A DNA stretch of 64,000 bases from Alphaproteobacteria bacterium (GCA_964291415.2 OZ219918.1:512001-576000); one strand, 5' to 3'; shown: positions 1 to 9,173, counted from the first letter of the stretch. Notes: a model not told the origin generated them from the letters alone. Translations and numbers: made by a program.

Positions 1-668
1 CACAGGGCGTAGCCCGTCGCCGTCATGAAGATGGCAAGGTAGACGACGGCCAGCCAGCCGGACCACGATGCCTGGCGTACGGCCTGCCACTGGCCGCTCT
101 CCACCACAAGGGACGCCACCAGCATTTGCGGACCGGCGAAGGCGGCAAACCAGGCGACCAGCCGCAATCCGCCGACCGGTCCCAGGGTTTTCACCATGGT
201 CTGGCCGGCGGCCCAGGCAACGCCCCCGGCCACCACCATGAGGAAGGCCAGGGGTTCGGTGTGCACCCGGGGTTCGCCGGCGATCAGCGCCACGCCGGCA
301 AAGGCCAGCACCATGGCGCACCACTGCTGGCGTGACAGGTGATCGTGAAAGAAGACGCTCGCCATGATGGCGGCGAAGACGACCTCTACCTGTACCACGA
401 GGACGGCGGTGGAGGCATCGAGATCAACGAGGCCCGTGAACTGCAGTCCGTAGGCGAGGGTGCCGCCGAAGAAGGTGACCAGCGCCAGGCGTCCGGCCAT
501 GTTCCACAGCGGCCTGACGAACCACACGAGGATCAGGGCCGCCAGGGTGAAGCGCATGCCCATGAGCAGGATTGGCGGAAATTCGTCGAGCGATCCCTTG
601 GCCACGGCGAAGCCTGCACCCCACAGGACCGGCACGGTGACCGCGATGACGAGATCAACAGGTTTCAT
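1..668 (-). CDS. EamA/DMT family transporter (runs off the window edge)
   Basis: Manual translation from ATG 668: MKPVDLVIAVTVPVLWGAGFAVAKGSLDEFPPILLMGMRFTLAA..., a hydrophobic EamA-type N-terminus (WG..F...K, PP....RF). Absent from the ORF track because the stop is outside the window. Confidence 0.85.
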   Translation of the reverse strand, partial: MKPVDLVIAVTVPVLWGAGFAVAKGSLDEFPPILLMGMRFTLAALILVWFVRPLWNMAGRLALVTFFGGTLAYGLQFTGLVDLDASTAVLVVQVEVVFAAIMASVFFHDHLSRQQWCAMVLAFAGVALIAGEPRVHTEPLAFLMVVAGGVAWAAGQTMVKTLGPVGGLRLVAWFAAFAGPQMLVASLVVESGQWQAVRQASWSGWLAVVYLAIFMTATGYAL

Positions 669-769
669 CGATGAAGGGAGGCGCCGGGTTGACGGACATT
701 CGTCGCCGGTCTTCGATCCCGATGCAAGCTATAGTGACGATGGCTGAACATGCACCGGGGGAACCTGGC

Positions 770-1216
770 ATGCTGAAACTGACTGGGATCGTGGGCATGG
801 CGTCCGATGCCGCTCTCGGCGGGCGACTGCATGACCTTGCCCACGAAGACCTGGTCGAGACCATCGTCCTCGACCGCCGCGACATGCTGCGCAAGAGACT
901 GCGCACCGTCACCGACAAGGGCACCGACTGCGCCATCGCACTGCCGCGCACCACCGCCCTTGACGACGGCGCCGTGCTGTTGCTCGAGGCGAAACGCGCG
1001 ATCGTCGTCAGGGCCAGCGTCGAGACGTGGCTGCACGTGAAGCCTGCCGATGCGGCGGCGGCCCTCGAACTGGGCTACCATGCAGGCAATCTCCACTGGC
1101 GCGTCGCCTTCCGCGGTCCACTCCTTGCCATCGCCCTGGAGGGCCCGCGCAAGGACTATCTCGCCCGCCTCGATGCCTTTCTTGCCGACGGCCGGATTGC
1201 CTTGGTGGATGACTGA
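770..1216 (+). CDS. ureE: Urease accessory protein UreE (Ni chaperone, no His-rich tail)
   Basis: RKRLRTVTDKG..LPR...LDDG N-domain and LGYHAGNLHW Ni-site motif. GGGGGA RBS before ATG 770; the track start at 671 is probably over-extended. Confidence 0.85.
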   Translation: MLKLTGIVGMASDAALGGRLHDLAHEDLVETIVLDRRDMLRKRLRTVTDKGTDCAIALPRTTALDDGAVLLLEAKRAIVVRASVETWLHVKPADAAAALELGYHAGNLHWRVAFRGPLLAIALEGPRKDYLARLDAFLADGRIALVDD

Positions 1217-1880
1217 CGTCCGCACCCTTCTTGCCGCCCTCCGGATGGGCGACAGCGCCTTCCCCTCGGGTGGATTCGCCTTCTCGTGGGGCCTGGAGAC
1301 CCTGGTGGAGGATGGCAAGGTGAGAGACGGCGCCGGGGTCCTGGTTTTCGCCAGGGGCCAGCTCCGGAACCGCTGGGCGACCTCCGACCGGGTCATGGCA
1401 AGGCGGGCGGCACAAACCCGTTGCGACGAGGAGTGGAGTGATCTCGACCGTCTGCAGGACGCCATGACCCTTGCCGGCGAACTGCGCGCCGGGTCATGCC
1501 AGGCGGGTCGCGCCCTGTTGCGTGCCCATGCGGGCCTCGGCAACCCGGTCGCCCTGCGATGGCGCCGCCTCGTCGCCGAGGACCGCGCCCGCGGCCATCT
1601 TCCGGTGGTCCAGGGCGCGGTGTGGGCCGGGTCGGGCATGTCGGTCGAGGTTCTCGAAACCCTGTCGGCCTGGACACTGGCGTCCGGCATTGCCCAGGCT
1701 GCCATCCGGCTCTCCCTGACGGGACCGCTGGAGGCCCAGTCAATTCTGGTCGAGGTGGCGGACGACATCGCCTGCATCCTTTCCGACCCGCCTCCCGACG
1801 AACCCCATGCCTTTACTCCCCTGGCCGACATCGCCGTGATGCGCCACGAAAGGGGGGACGTGCGGCTTTTCGCCAACTGA
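1209..1880 (+). CDS. ureF: Urease accessory protein UreF
   Basis: [17 protein letters not shown]-terminal motif and MRHE...RLFAN C-terminus; overlaps the ureE stop. Confidence 0.9.
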   Translation: MTDVRTLLAALRMGDSAFPSGGFAFSWGLETLVEDGKVRDGAGVLVFARGQLRNRWATSDRVMARRAAQTRCDEEWSDLDRLQDAMTLAGELRAGSCQAGRALLRAHAGLGNPVALRWRRLVAEDRARGHLPVVQGAVWAGSGMSVEVLETLSAWTLASGIAQAAIRLSLTGPLEAQSILVEVADDIACILSDPPPDEPHAFTPLADIAVMRHERGDVRLFAN

Positions 1881-1896
1881 AGGAAAGGACGACAAG

Positions 1897-2517
1897 GTGA
1901 CGGAACCACTCTCTGCGGCACGCGTCGGGATCGGCGGGCCGGTGGGTTCGGGAAAGACAGCGCTGCTCGAACGCCTGATTCCCGCCTTCGCCGGCCGCGG
2001 CACCAGCCTTGCCGTCATCACCAACGATCTCGTGACGCGGGAAGATGCCGAACGGCTGCAGCGCAGTGGTCTGATCGAGCCCCACCGAGTCGTTGCCGTC
2101 GAGGCGGGCGCCTGCCCGCACACGGTCATCCGCGAGGATCCGACGCTCAATCTCGATGCAGCGGAACGACTCGAATTGCGCTTTCACCCCCTCGACCTCG
2201 TGCTGCTCGAATCGGGAGGCGACAACCTGGCATCGACCTTTTCTCCTGAACTCGTCGACTACTGGATCTTCGTCATCGACGTCTCGGGTGGCGGCGACAT
2301 CCCGCGCAAGCGGGGTCCAGGCGTCCTCCAGGCGGACCTCCTCGTGATCAACAAGGCGGATCTGGCGCCCCATGTCGGCGTCGATCTCGCCGCGATGACG
2401 AAGGAGGCGTGCGACGTGCGCCGCGGCAGGCCCGTCATCGTCACCAATTGCCGGACGGGCGAAGCGGTCGATGATGTCGTCGACCACATTGTCCGGAACG
2501 TGCTGTTCGACGGCTGA
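1897..2517 (+). CDS. ureG: Urease accessory GTPase UreG
   Basis: [10 protein letters not shown]-loop, GACPH metal motif, ESGGDNL, INKADL. Confidence 0.95.
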   Translation: MTEPLSAARVGIGGPVGSGKTALLERLIPAFAGRGTSLAVITNDLVTREDAERLQRSGLIEPHRVVAVEAGACPHTVIREDPTLNLDAAERLELRFHPLDLVLLESGGDNLASTFSPELVDYWIFVIDVSGGGDIPRKRGPGVLQADLLVINKADLAPHVGVDLAAMTKEACDVRRGRPVIVTNCRTGEAVDDVVDHIVRNVLFDG

Positions 2518-3311
2518 TGAACCGGTCCGCGATGGGACGCGACAGGCAGCTGGTCCTGGATTTCGCGCGGGCGCCTTCAGGCCGGACCTTCCTGAAGAGC
2601 CAGTACGTCGCCTTTCCCTTTCACCTGACCCGTCCGTTTGACGACGGTGACGGGCTGATCGTGATTCTCCAGTCGCTGGGAGCCGGCCTTCTCCAGGGCG
2701 ACCGGTTTGCCGCCGGAATCACGGCTGGCGAGGGGACCACGGTGACGATCCGGACCCAGGGGGCCACCATCGCCCATGCCATGCCGGCCGACGACGCCCT
2801 GCAGCATATCCGTCTCGATGCGCATCCGGGCAGCCGGCTTTTCTGGCAACCGCGCCCGCTGGTGCTGTTCTCCGGCGCCCGGGTCCGTACATCGCTGGAG
2901 GTGGTGGTTCATGACGGCGCGGGCGTCATGTGGTGCGATGCGTTCCTGTCTCACGATGCAGGCGAGACCGGGAAGCCCTTCACGTCCCTTCAGTCGGAGA
3001 CGGTCCTGCGGACCGCTGACGGGAACCTCCTGGTCCTGGACCGCGTGCGAACGTCCGGGAAGGACCTCGCGTGTGCGGGCGTGGCGGTTCACGGCACCAT
3101 CGGCCTGGTTGGCGACAGCGCTGCGACGCCCGGCCTCGCGGATGCCCTCAGCGAGGCGGTAACGCTGTCCGGCGCCTATGCCGGTGTGTCGTCCCTTCCG
3201 GGCGAATGCGGCCTCCTTGTGCGCATTCTGGCGGACGATGGCGCCATGCTGGCGCGCGCGGTGGAGGATGTCGTGGCTGCGGTCGCGCAATGTCCCCGGT
3301 CGGTGCTATAG
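2517..3311 (+). CDS. ureD: Urease accessory protein UreD/UreH
   Basis: PFHLTRPF, GLLQGDR, TQGAT motifs; coupled to ureG by a TGATG overlap. Confidence 0.85.
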   Translation: MNRSAMGRDRQLVLDFARAPSGRTFLKSQYVAFPFHLTRPFDDGDGLIVILQSLGAGLLQGDRFAAGITAGEGTTVTIRTQGATIAHAMPADDALQHIRLDAHPGSRLFWQPRPLVLFSGARVRTSLEVVVHDGAGVMWCDAFLSHDAGETGKPFTSLQSETVLRTADGNLLVLDRVRTSGKDLACAGVAVHGTIGLVGDSAATPGLADALSEAVTLSGAYAGVSSLPGECGLLVRILADDGAMLARAVEDVVAAVAQCPRSVL

Positions 3312-3344
3312 GGAGGCACGCCAGGAGACTTGGGGTAGAGAGGC

Positions 3345-4643
3345 ATGACACGCACGATCAACTCGGTGGCCGTGATCGGCGCCGGAACCATGGGAACCGG
3401 AATCGCCGGCAAGTGCGCGGACGCGGGTTGCAGGGTCCTGCTCCTTGACGTGGACCGCGACACCGTGGATGCGGCGATGCACCGCATCACCGAAGGCCGC
3501 CCGCCGGCCATCGACAATCCCGACAGCACCAAACTGATCGAGACCGGCACCTTCGACGATCTGGCGAAGATCACGGACTACGACTGGATCTGCGAGGCTG
3601 TCATTGAGGATCTCGCAACCAAGCGCGACATGTTCGCGAAGCTCGAGCACTGGCGCAGCGACGGTTCGGTGATCTCCACCAACACATCGGGCATCCCGCT
3701 GCGCTCGATCACAGAAGGCATGCCCGCGAGGTTGCGCCGGGACGTCGTGGTGACACACTTCTTCAATCCCGTGAAGGTGATGAAGCTGCTGGAGATCGTT
3801 CCCGGAGAGGAGACGGCGCCGGATGTGGTCAAGGCGATGGCGGCGTTCTGCTCGACCAGGCTCGACAAGGGTGTCGTTCATGCCAAGGACACCGTGAACT
3901 TCATCGGCAACCGCATCGGCTGTTTCTGGATGCTGTCGGGCCTCCACAAGGCCAGAAAGGCGCGCCGCGAAGGCGGGTTGCAGATGGAGGAGATCGATGC
4001 CCTCATGTCGGCGCCCGTGGGGCTGCCGCCGACGGGACTCTATGGGCTGATCGATCTCATCGGCCTCGACGTGATGGACCTTGTCGGAAAGAACCTGGCG
4101 GCGAATCTCCCCGACGGCGACACGGGCCACCTCTACACGACATTCCCGCAAGAAGAGCAGGCGATGCTTGCGAGGGGCCAGCTCGGACGCAAGACGCGGG
4201 GTGGTTTCTATCGGGTCACCAGGACCGATGACGGTGAACGGCTGCGCGAGACCTTTGATCTCGACGAAGCCCGATGGCGCCCGTCGACAGCGACGGACAT
4301 TGCGGGGACTCCACGTGAACTCATGACCGCCCCGGGTGCCGCGGGTGATTTCGCCAGGGACCTCATGGGTGGTGTTCTCGCCTACGCTGCCGGCCTGGTC
4401 GGCGAGATATCCGACGACATCGTCAACATCGATCGCGCGATGCGCTGGGGGTTCGCCTGGAAGAAGGGGCCCTTCGAACTCATCGACGACATCGGACACG
4501 ACACGCTGGCCGCCATTCTCGAATCGTCGGGAGAGCCGTTGCCGAGAATGCTCCGCGTCGCAAGGGATGCCGGGGCGTCAACCTTCCACGACGGCGAACG
4601 TTTCCTTGGCCTGGATGGTCGCTGGCACGATCTCGTTGACTGA
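3345..4643 (+). CDS. 3-hydroxyacyl-CoA dehydrogenase (FadN-like N-terminal part)
   Basis: GAGTMG Rossmann motif, EAVIEDL, STNTSG, HFFNP, FIGNR, two C-terminal helical domains (..GF.W..GPFE). Confidence 0.88.
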   Translation: MTRTINSVAVIGAGTMGTGIAGKCADAGCRVLLLDVDRDTVDAAMHRITEGRPPAIDNPDSTKLIETGTFDDLAKITDYDWICEAVIEDLATKRDMFAKLEHWRSDGSVISTNTSGIPLRSITEGMPARLRRDVVVTHFFNPVKVMKLLEIVPGEETAPDVVKAMAAFCSTRLDKGVVHAKDTVNFIGNRIGCFWMLSGLHKARKARREGGLQMEEIDALMSAPVGLPPTGLYGLIDLIGLDVMDLVGKNLAANLPDGDTGHLYTTFPQEEQAMLARGQLGRKTRGGFYRVTRTDDGERLRETFDLDEARWRPSTATDIAGTPRELMTAPGAAGDFARDLMGGVLAYAAGLVGEISDDIVNIDRAMRWGFAWKKGPFELIDDIGHDTLAAILESSGEPLPRMLRVARDAGASTFHDGERFLGLDGRWHDLVD

Positions 4644-4843
4644 GATTGCGTCATAGGGTGTTGACTTCGGTCGTTGTCTCAACCGGCCGATACCGGTGGT
4701 TCAGGGTCACCAGCGACGTATCGCAGCAGAGTTTGAGCAGATTCGCGGAGCGTTACATGCCAGACAGCGGACGTTGACCAATCGGGCCTCGTCGGGTTCC
4801 TGGTGGAAGGTCGCGATGCACTGCAGGGCGGGAGCATTCAACG

Positions 4844-5821
4844 ATGGACGATGAACTCTGGCGCGTCATGCAGGAACCCGATATCGACCATCGTCTGGCT
4901 GATGGACTGCGCTCAAATCGGAGTTTCGCGGAATGGTGGGTCGGGAGAATTCTGCCGACATTGAAGTTGGGCGATCTCGTGGAGATCAAGCCCAACTATA
5001 CGCGGGAAGAAGAGTCCTGGTCCTCACAAAGCAAACCGGCCCGGGAAACGGATCTGCACGTTGTTGCCAAGGACGCTCATGGCGATCGCTTCGCCATCCT
5101 GACCGAGAGCAAGGTCGTGGCACCGGCCAGCAAGCATCAACCCGAAGACTACTCCGCTTACGTCCGGTGGGGGGAGTCGCAGGGAATGTGGAGGCGGGGA
5201 GTCACAGTTCTCATGGCTCCAAAGGGCTACCTGGATCGACCGTCGAGCGCAGGAATGTATGACATCAAAATGAGCTATGAAGAGATTCGCGATTCGGCCC
5301 AAGCCAACGGCCTCAAGGATTTGGCATCCTACCTGGATGCCGGCATCGTTCGGCATGGCTATTCCGGATCAGCCAGAAACCCGAGTGAATTGATCGGCGG
5401 GTTTCGCGTGCGTTACTCCGATCTTCTTCGGGAAGAATACAGGCGTCTCTACGACAGTCTTTCGGGGAACACCAAGAAACAGTTCGATGCGAGTCAGCGG
5501 TGGTTCGAGTTTCGTCCACGACAGTGTCGGTTAGGGAGGGTCACTGTTCCGGGCGTTGAGGTTATCCACAAGATCTGTAACAGGGCGAAGAGGGATCAGG
5601 ATCGTTCCGCGCAGCAGTATCTGGCAGTGCATGTTCCGCGGGCCGGGTGCTACGAGAATAGTCCGCCGAACTGGAATGGGCGATATCGATGGCGTGAGAG
5701 CAAGGCGTTCTGGATTCTGGACACTCCACTGGATGCCGACGATTGGCTGTTCTTCGATGACTTCGATGCTGAGGCCGCACGACGCGTCTGGGCGAGAATG
5801 TCCGAACTGATCGAAGACTAG
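4844..5821 (+). CDS. Hypothetical protein, PD-(D/E)XK nuclease-like N-terminal domain
   Basis: E.DID helix, then ETDL....ILTESKV.A....QPEDY, resembling the D...ExK...Q..Y core of PD-(D/E)XK families. Codon usage looks less GC3-biased than neighbours by eye. Confidence 0.6.
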   Translation: MDDELWRVMQEPDIDHRLADGLRSNRSFAEWWVGRILPTLKLGDLVEIKPNYTREEESWSSQSKPARETDLHVVAKDAHGDRFAILTESKVVAPASKHQPEDYSAYVRWGESQGMWRRGVTVLMAPKGYLDRPSSAGMYDIKMSYEEIRDSAQANGLKDLASYLDAGIVRHGYSGSARNPSELIGGFRVRYSDLLREEYRRLYDSLSGNTKKQFDASQRWFEFRPRQCRLGRVTVPGVEVIHKICNRAKRDQDRSAQQYLAVHVPRAGCYENSPPNWNGRYRWRESKAFWILDTPLDADDWLFFDDFDAEAARRVWARMSELIED

Positions 5822-5955
5822 GCGAAGGGAACACTGCGACACAGACCTGGCAGACTGGGTCAAGGGCACACGGATGCCATTGCGGCTCACAAGATGCGAA
5901 CGAAAAGTGCGGCAGGCTTCGATACCGACGATCGGGACTACGGGGTCGTACAGAC

Positions 5956-5984
5956 TTGACGCCACCTCCCAATCGGCCTACATC
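5956..5984 (+). promoter_or_regulatory. Putative sigma70 promoter of the NYN leader
   Basis: TTGACG (5956-5961), 17 bp, TACATC (5979-5984). Lack of the -7 T is common in alphaproteobacterial promoters. Confidence 0.5.
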
Positions 5985-5988
5985 TTGA

Positions 5989-6050
5989 GCAGTCACCCCT
6001 GTGGCTTCGACTGCAGGGCGCGGGGCCGCTTAGGCGGCCCCTGCTTTTTT
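5989..6050 (+). ncRNA. Candidate ~60-nt two-hairpin RNA or leader upstream of the NYN gene
   Basis: Hairpin CCCUGUGG-cuucga-CUGCAGGG (5997-6018, two G-U pairs), followed directly by a terminator hairpin and U6. Confidence 0.45.
6020..6050 (+). terminator. Intrinsic terminator 11 nt upstream of the NYN start codon
   Basis: Perfect 8-bp stem GGGGCCGC-ttag-GCGGCCCC (6022-6041), then TGC and TTTTTT (6045-6050). Confidence 0.8.
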
Positions 6051-6061
6051 GGCGGTTTCCA

Positions 6062-6685
6062 ATGCGCACATTCGTTTACGTCGATGGGTTCAATCTCTAC
6101 TACGGGGCGCTCAGGCGAACGCCGTGGAAGTGGCTGGACCTTGTCGCTCTGGCCGGAAGAGTGCTGCAGCCGCATCATCAGATCGTGACGCTTCGGTACT
6201 TTACGGCGAAGGTCTCGGAGACCGTCAGGGATCCGACCAAACCGCATCGCCAGGACAGCTACTTGCGTGCGCTGCGTGCCACGCGGCCGGAGGTCGAAGT
6301 GCATTTCGGCCACTTTCTCACCCATAGAGTGTGGATGCCGCTGGTTCGGCCGACCGGCGATCAGCACATGGTCGAGGTCTTCAAGACCGAAGAAAAGGGC
6401 ACGGATGTCAATCTTGCGGTGCACCTCCTGAACGACGCCGGGCTCGATGCCTATGACTGCGCGGTCGTCGTGAGCAACGACGGTGACCTGGCGGAGGCCA
6501 TGCGCCTTGTACGCCAACGTCACGGGAAACGCATCGGCCTGGTAAAGCCGGGCACCGGGCGGCTGTCTCAGCAGCTCAGGGAGCACGCCGATTTCTTGCG
6601 CCCGATCCGATCCAGCTACCTGCAGAACTCGCAGCTTCCGGATCCGATCCCCGGGACGAACATCAGGAAGCCAGCAGCTTGGTAA
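6062..6685 (+). CDS. NYN domain (LabA/DUF88, PIN-like) predicted ribonuclease
   Basis: VYVDGFNLYYG, EEKGTDVNLA, VSNDGDL: the acidic catalytic set is intact. Confidence 0.92.
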   Translation: MRTFVYVDGFNLYYGALRRTPWKWLDLVALAGRVLQPHHQIVTLRYFTAKVSETVRDPTKPHRQDSYLRALRATRPEVEVHFGHFLTHRVWMPLVRPTGDQHMVEVFKTEEKGTDVNLAVHLLNDAGLDAYDCAVVVSNDGDLAEAMRLVRQRHGKRIGLVKPGTGRLSQQLREHADFLRPIRSSYLQNSQLPDPIPGTNIRKPAAW

Positions 6686-7017
6686 GGTCCGCCATACTCG
6701 AGTACCCGACTTCCTCCTGGCGCGGCTGATGCTTGTTGATCATTGATCGCCGTCCCTGACCAGGGCGCAGCCCTCATCGAAGAGAGAGTTTGGCACCTTC
6801 CCGATCGTGTTGGCGTCGTGTCTCGGGAAGGTCAAGGTTTCGCGGGGCGGGATTGTCTGGCTGAGTTCTGACGATCTGGAACACCCGCTCCGTGCCGTCG
6901 ACTTCCGTTCTCAGCGAGTAGCGCCAGGGGGCAGGTGTCTTCATTTCCCTGCATCCGGTTCGGCTGAGGGTCGCAGAGTGCCCGAAGGGTTCCGGATTCT
7001 GCCGGATGGACCGTGAC

Positions 7018-7467
7018 TCACGGCCCGCCGGTCAGGGCGATGGCGACACCCACAGCGCCGTCCGTGGCCGGGCTGATCGTGATCAGGGCTTCCTCGAGGA
7101 CGCAGATCCGCGCTTCGCTGAAACAGGCGCCGAAGGTGACGGCGATGGCGGCCGGCTGGTGAAGGCGGCCGGGATCGAAGGGGAATGTCTCCAGAACCGG
7201 GCCGTTGAAGTAGTCGGCGTCCACCTTCACCACCCGTGGCAGTTCACCCGTCCATGGCCGGTTGTCATCGGCCGGGGCGAAGGCGACACCAAGCGTGCCG
7301 GAGAGCGTCACATCGGGAGGTGGCAGAAGGGCTATGGCGAGAGCCCTTCCCTGGTTCACGTAGGCCTCGATCCTGACGGAGGTGGCGGAAAGGATGCCGG
7401 TGACGCCGCCGGCCAGTGCCGGCGACAGGGAGACGAGAACCGCAAGGACTGCGACGACGCGCTTCAT
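7018..7467 (-). CDS. Secreted hypothetical protein with a C-terminal Cys pair
   Basis: Signal-peptide-like MKRVVAVLAVLVSLSPALA; GACFSEARICV near the C-terminus. Confidence 0.65.
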   Translation of the reverse strand: MKRVVAVLAVLVSLSPALAGGVTGILSATSVRIEAYVNQGRALAIALLPPPDVTLSGTLGVAFAPADDNRPWTGELPRVVKVDADYFNGPVLETFPFDPGRLHQPAAIAVTFGACFSEARICVLEEALITISPATDGAVGVAIALTGGP

Positions 7468-7577
7468 GTGCCGAGGATAGGACATCATCCGGAACGATCA
7501 AATGCTCCGTTTCTTGCGACTGGACAAAATGCCCTGATGGCGGCACACATCGGGTCTGATTGCACCATCAGGTCTTC

Positions 7578-9173
7578 ATGATGTCCCACGACCACGAGGT
7601 CGCCAGGCGGCGCACGTTCGCCATCATCTCCCATCCCGATGCCGGCAAGACGACGCTTACCGAAAAGCTGCTGCTGTTCGGCGGCGCCATTCAGCTTGCC
7701 GGGGCGGTCAAGGCGCGGGGCGAACGCCGCCGGGCGCGTTCCGACTGGATGAAGGTGGAACAGGAGCGCGGCATCTCGGTGACCGCATCGGTGATGAACT
7801 TCACCTACCAGGGGTGCGTCTTCAATCTGCTCGACACCCCCGGCCACGAGGACTTCAGCGAGGACACCTACAGGGTGCTGACGGCCGTCGACAGCGCAAT
7901 CATGGTGATCGATGCCGCCCGTGGCATCGAGGCCCAGACCCGAAAGCTGTTCGAGGTGTGCCGGCTCAGGGACATGCCGGTGACGACCTTCATCAACAAG
8001 ATGGATCGCGATGGACGCGATCCCTTCGATCTGATCGACGAGGTCGAACAGACACTGCAGATCGAGATGGCGCCGGCGAGCTGGCCCATCGGCATGGGGC
8101 GCGACTTCCAGGGATGCTGGGACCTGGTGCACGACCGCCTCGTTCTCATGAAGCGTGGCAAGGGAGAGACGATTGCGGACGGCATTGCCTGCGAAGGCAT
8201 CGATTCGCCCGAACTCGACACCCTGCTTCCCGGTCATGCTGTCGCGCAACTGCGCGACGAGGTCGAGATGACCCGGGAACTGATGGCTCCATTCAGTCGG
8301 CAGGACTACCTCGCAGGCAACCTCTCACCGCTCTATTTTGGCAGCGCCCTCAACAACTTCGGCGTGCGGGAACTCATCGGCGGCCTGGTGGGGAACGCTC
8401 CGCCGCCCGGTTCGCGGCCAGCGCTTGAACGCACGGTTGAACCGGCCACGCACGAGGTCACCGGCTTTGTCTTCAAGATCCAGGCCAACACGGACCCGCG
8501 CCATCGTGACCGGATCGCCTTCGTTCGCCTGGTGTCGGGGCATTTCCGGCGAGGCATGAAACTGAAGCACTCGCGGACCGGCAAGCACATCATCATGCAC
8601 AGCCCGCAGGTCTTCCTGGCGCAGGATCGTGAACTGGCCGACGAGGCCTTTGCCGGCGACATCGTCGGTGTCCCCAATCACGGCAATCTCCATATCGGCG
8701 ACACGCTCTCGGAGGAGGGAGATCTCACGTTTACCGGCATTCCGAGTTTCGCGCCTGAACACCTGCGGAACGTGCGCGCTGCGGATCCCCTCAAGTCAAA
8801 GCACCTCGGTCGCGCCCTGCAGCAGCTGGCCCAGGAGGGCGCCGCCCATGTCTTCCGACCCGTGATGGACTCCGATTGGGTGGTGGGGGTCATGGGGCCC
8901 CTGCAGTTCGATGTCCTCGCCGACCGGATTCGCAGCGAGTACGAGGTTCCGGTGCGGTTCGAGTCCTCGGGCATCCATACGGCACGCTGGCTCGACGCGC
9001 CCTCGGAGCGGATGATCCGCACATTCGCCGACCGCAACCGCGGGGCGATGGCCACCGACCACGTCGGCCGGCCGGTGTTCCTGGCGCGCAACGCCTGGCA
9101 TCTCGACCGGGCCATCAGCGATGCGCCGGATCTTGCCTTCCGGGATGTCCAGGAACACGTTCATGGCGCCTGA
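7578..9173 (+). CDS. prfC: Peptide chain release factor 3
   Basis: RRRTFAIISHPDAGKTTLTEK, DTPGHEDFSEDTYR, NKMD, FVFKIQAN.DPRHRDR. Confidence 0.98.
   Translation: MMSHDHEVARRRTFAIISHPDAGKTTLTEKLLLFGGAIQLAGAVKARGERRRARSDWMKVEQERGISVTASVMNFTYQGCVFNLLDTPGHEDFSEDTYRVLTAVDSAIMVIDAARGIEAQTRKLFEVCRLRDMPVTTFINKMDRDGRDPFDLIDEVEQTLQIEMAPASWPIGMGRDFQGCWDLVHDRLVLMKRGKGETIADGIACEGIDSPELDTLLPGHAVAQLRDEVEMTRELMAPFSRQDYLAGNLSPLYFGSALNNFGVRELIGGLVGNAPPPGSRPALERTVEPATHEVTGFVFKIQANTDPRHRDRIAFVRLVSGHFRRGMKLKHSRTGKHIIMHSPQVFLAQDRELADEAFAGDIVGVPNHGNLHIGDTLSEEGDLTFTGIPSFAPEHLRNVRAADPLKSKHLGRALQQLAQEGAAHVFRPVMDSDWVVGVMGPLQFDVLADRIRSEYEVPVRFESSGIHTARWLDAPSERMIRTFADRNRGAMATDHVGRPVFLARNAWHLDRAISDAPDLAFRDVQEHVHGA

Noticed and set aside
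4652-4670. TAGGGTGTTGAC resembling an IS terminal repeat
   Set aside because: I found no partner inverted repeat, target duplication or transposase.
4820-6020. 11-mer ACTGCAGGGCG upstream of both islet genes (4820 and 6010)
   Set aside because: A short GC-rich match with unrelated flanks; compatible with chance.
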